Shown piece after piece: positions 40,111-40,668 of a stretch of DNA of 40,668 nucleotides. Numbering within the stretch: position 1 is the first letter of the stretch; each line of letters starts with the position of its first letter. The notes under the pieces are model-generated. The model was not told the DNA's origin. It did no database searches and saw nothing but the letters and a program-made list of their open reading frames with translations. The DNA is taken from positions 1 through 40,668 of IMG/VR virus record IMGVR_UViG_3300038306_000113. The stretch is one strand, 5' to 3'. Both the position numbers and the translations under genes were made by a program. Origin of the DNA: a virus.

Positions 40111-40668
40111 GTGATTGCTTTGTGCCCCGATCATAACACACACCGACCCCAGTGGGTCAAGTTCTCGTTCCCCGACCTCTTCGGCAGCTTGAAGTGGAGG
40201 CGTATGACGCTTGCCCAAAAGGGTGCGTACATCGTGCTGCTCGGAGAACAGGCTATCAACGGCCCTCTGCCTAGCGATCCCGAAGACCTCGCCTGCATCG
40301 TCGCCTGCTCAAGCTCCAACGTCACCGAGGGGCATTTCACGGAGGCGTGGAAGAGCCCGCTCACCGAATGCTTTGAAGAGCGTGACGGAAGGCTAGTAAA
40401 TCCACGCATGGCTGAGGAGTTGAGCGATTACTCCAGCATTGCCCAAAGCCTTAGCGACAAGCGAAGTGCCGCTGGCAAGGCGGGAGCGGCGAAAAGGGAA
40501 GCAAACCGTAAGCAAAATCAAGCAAGTGCCAAGCAAGTGCCAAGCAAACCTAAGCAAAGCCAAGCTAGAGTAGAGGAGATAAGAGTAGAGGAGAGGATAG
40601 AAGAGGGGAAGAAGGTCGCTCCCGCTCCCGACGCTCTCGCGTCTGCTCTCACAGGACTTGAGCACAAG
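40111..40668 (+). CDS. DUF1376 (YdaU-like) replication-associated protein, N-terminal part. The ORF leaves the window and continues at base 2 after collapsing the overlap. The start is uncertain (GTG 40111, or ATG 40048).
   Basis: Translation reads ...PQWVKFSFPDLFGSLKWRRMTLAQKGAYIVLLGEQAINGPLPSDPEDLA...RDGRLVNPRMAEEL...KRSAAGKAGAAKR, which matches the DUF1376 pattern as I recall it. There is no stop before 40668. Confidence 0.65.
   Translation, partial: MIALCPDHNTHRPQWVKFSFPDLFGSLKWRRMTLAQKGAYIVLLGEQAINGPLPSDPEDLACIVACSSSNVTEGHFTEAWKSPLTECFEERDGRLVNPRMAEELSDYSSIAQSLSDKRSAAGKAGAAKREANRKQNQASAKQVPSKPKQSQARVEEIRVEERIEEGKKVAPAPDALASALTGLEHK
40499..40561. repeat. Six tandem AAGCAA-N4-5 units at 10-11 bp spacing (iteron-like), plus a seventh partial unit (aagc) starting at 40562. 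The last two full units recur at 1-20.
   Basis: aagcaaaccgt / aagcaaaatc / aagcaagtgcc / aagcaagtgcc / aagcaaacct / aagcaaagcc, then aagc... Confidence 0.8.
40542..40668. repeat. Contig-end direct repeat, right copy (identical to 1-127)
   Basis: Exact 127/127 identity with the window start. Confidence 0.95.
40567..40615. repeat. Cytosine-free purine-rich tract containing a 13-bp direct repeat AGAGTAGAGGAGA x2 (40567-40579 and 40582-40594). The whole tract recurs at 26-74.
   Basis: agagtagaggagataagagtagaggagaggatagaagaggggaagaagg. The only pyrimidines are a few T. Confidence 0.8.

Noticed and set aside
40499-40561. Whether the short tandem repeats could be a CRISPR array.
   Set aside because: The units are 10-11 bp with no spacers, they lie inside an ORF, and there are no cas genes.
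1-40668. A lysogeny module (integrase, excisionase, CI-like repressor), att sites, tRNA genes, or phage-encoded DNA polymerase, helicase or primase.
   Set aside because: I found none by motif reading. The two wHTH proteins could be regulators, but no recombinase is present. Absence calls made by eye are tentative.

Overview
The window is one complete dsDNA phage genome. Bases 1-127 are identical to 40542-40668, so the unique sequence is 40541 bp, either circular or terminally redundant. The contig break falls inside a gene. I saw no rRNA, tRNA, CRISPR array, integrase or transposase.

The genome has two transcription blocks that diverge from a non-coding region at 35704-35959.

1. Rightward early/replication block (35960 to 40668, wrapping to 1-5731):
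- Cys-rich small proteins and tiny membrane proteins.
- A RecE-like PD-(D/E)XK exonuclease and a RecT-like annealase.
- Winged-helix proteins and a DUF1376-like replication protein that crosses the junction.
- A C5-cytosine methyltransferase, a PP-loop/PAPS-reductase-like enzyme, a RuvC-like resolvase and an HNH endonuclease.

2. Leftward late block (35703 down to 5773):
- Fibre-like proteins, a small terminase candidate, TerL, portal, scaffold, major capsid and a decoration-like protein.
- Tail and fibre proteins, including a 1183-aa LamG-containing protein and a protein with a C-terminal S74 intramolecular-chaperone domain.
- A 3398-aa multidomain polyvalent protein that takes up 25% of the genome.
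- A cassette of four small membrane proteins, including a unimolecular-spanin-like lipoprotein.

At least 17 gene junctions are ATGA or GTGA overlaps, and Shine-Dalgarno sites of the AAGGAG/GGAGG type are visible. I recognised no tape measure, tube or sheath gene, so a short-tailed virion is my inference.

Most interesting observations:
- The methyltransferase locus has two co-extensive ORFs of about 320 codons in +1 register, and the methyltransferase motifs are split between the two frames.
- The giant protein contains five [RM]FS[IV]AP motifs at module boundaries, plus an HExxH zincin motif and an ART-like module.
- An array of AAGCAA repeats at 10-11 bp spacing, followed by a purine tract, lies inside the replication gene and is a candidate origin.

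All functional calls come from motif reading by eye. No database search was run.
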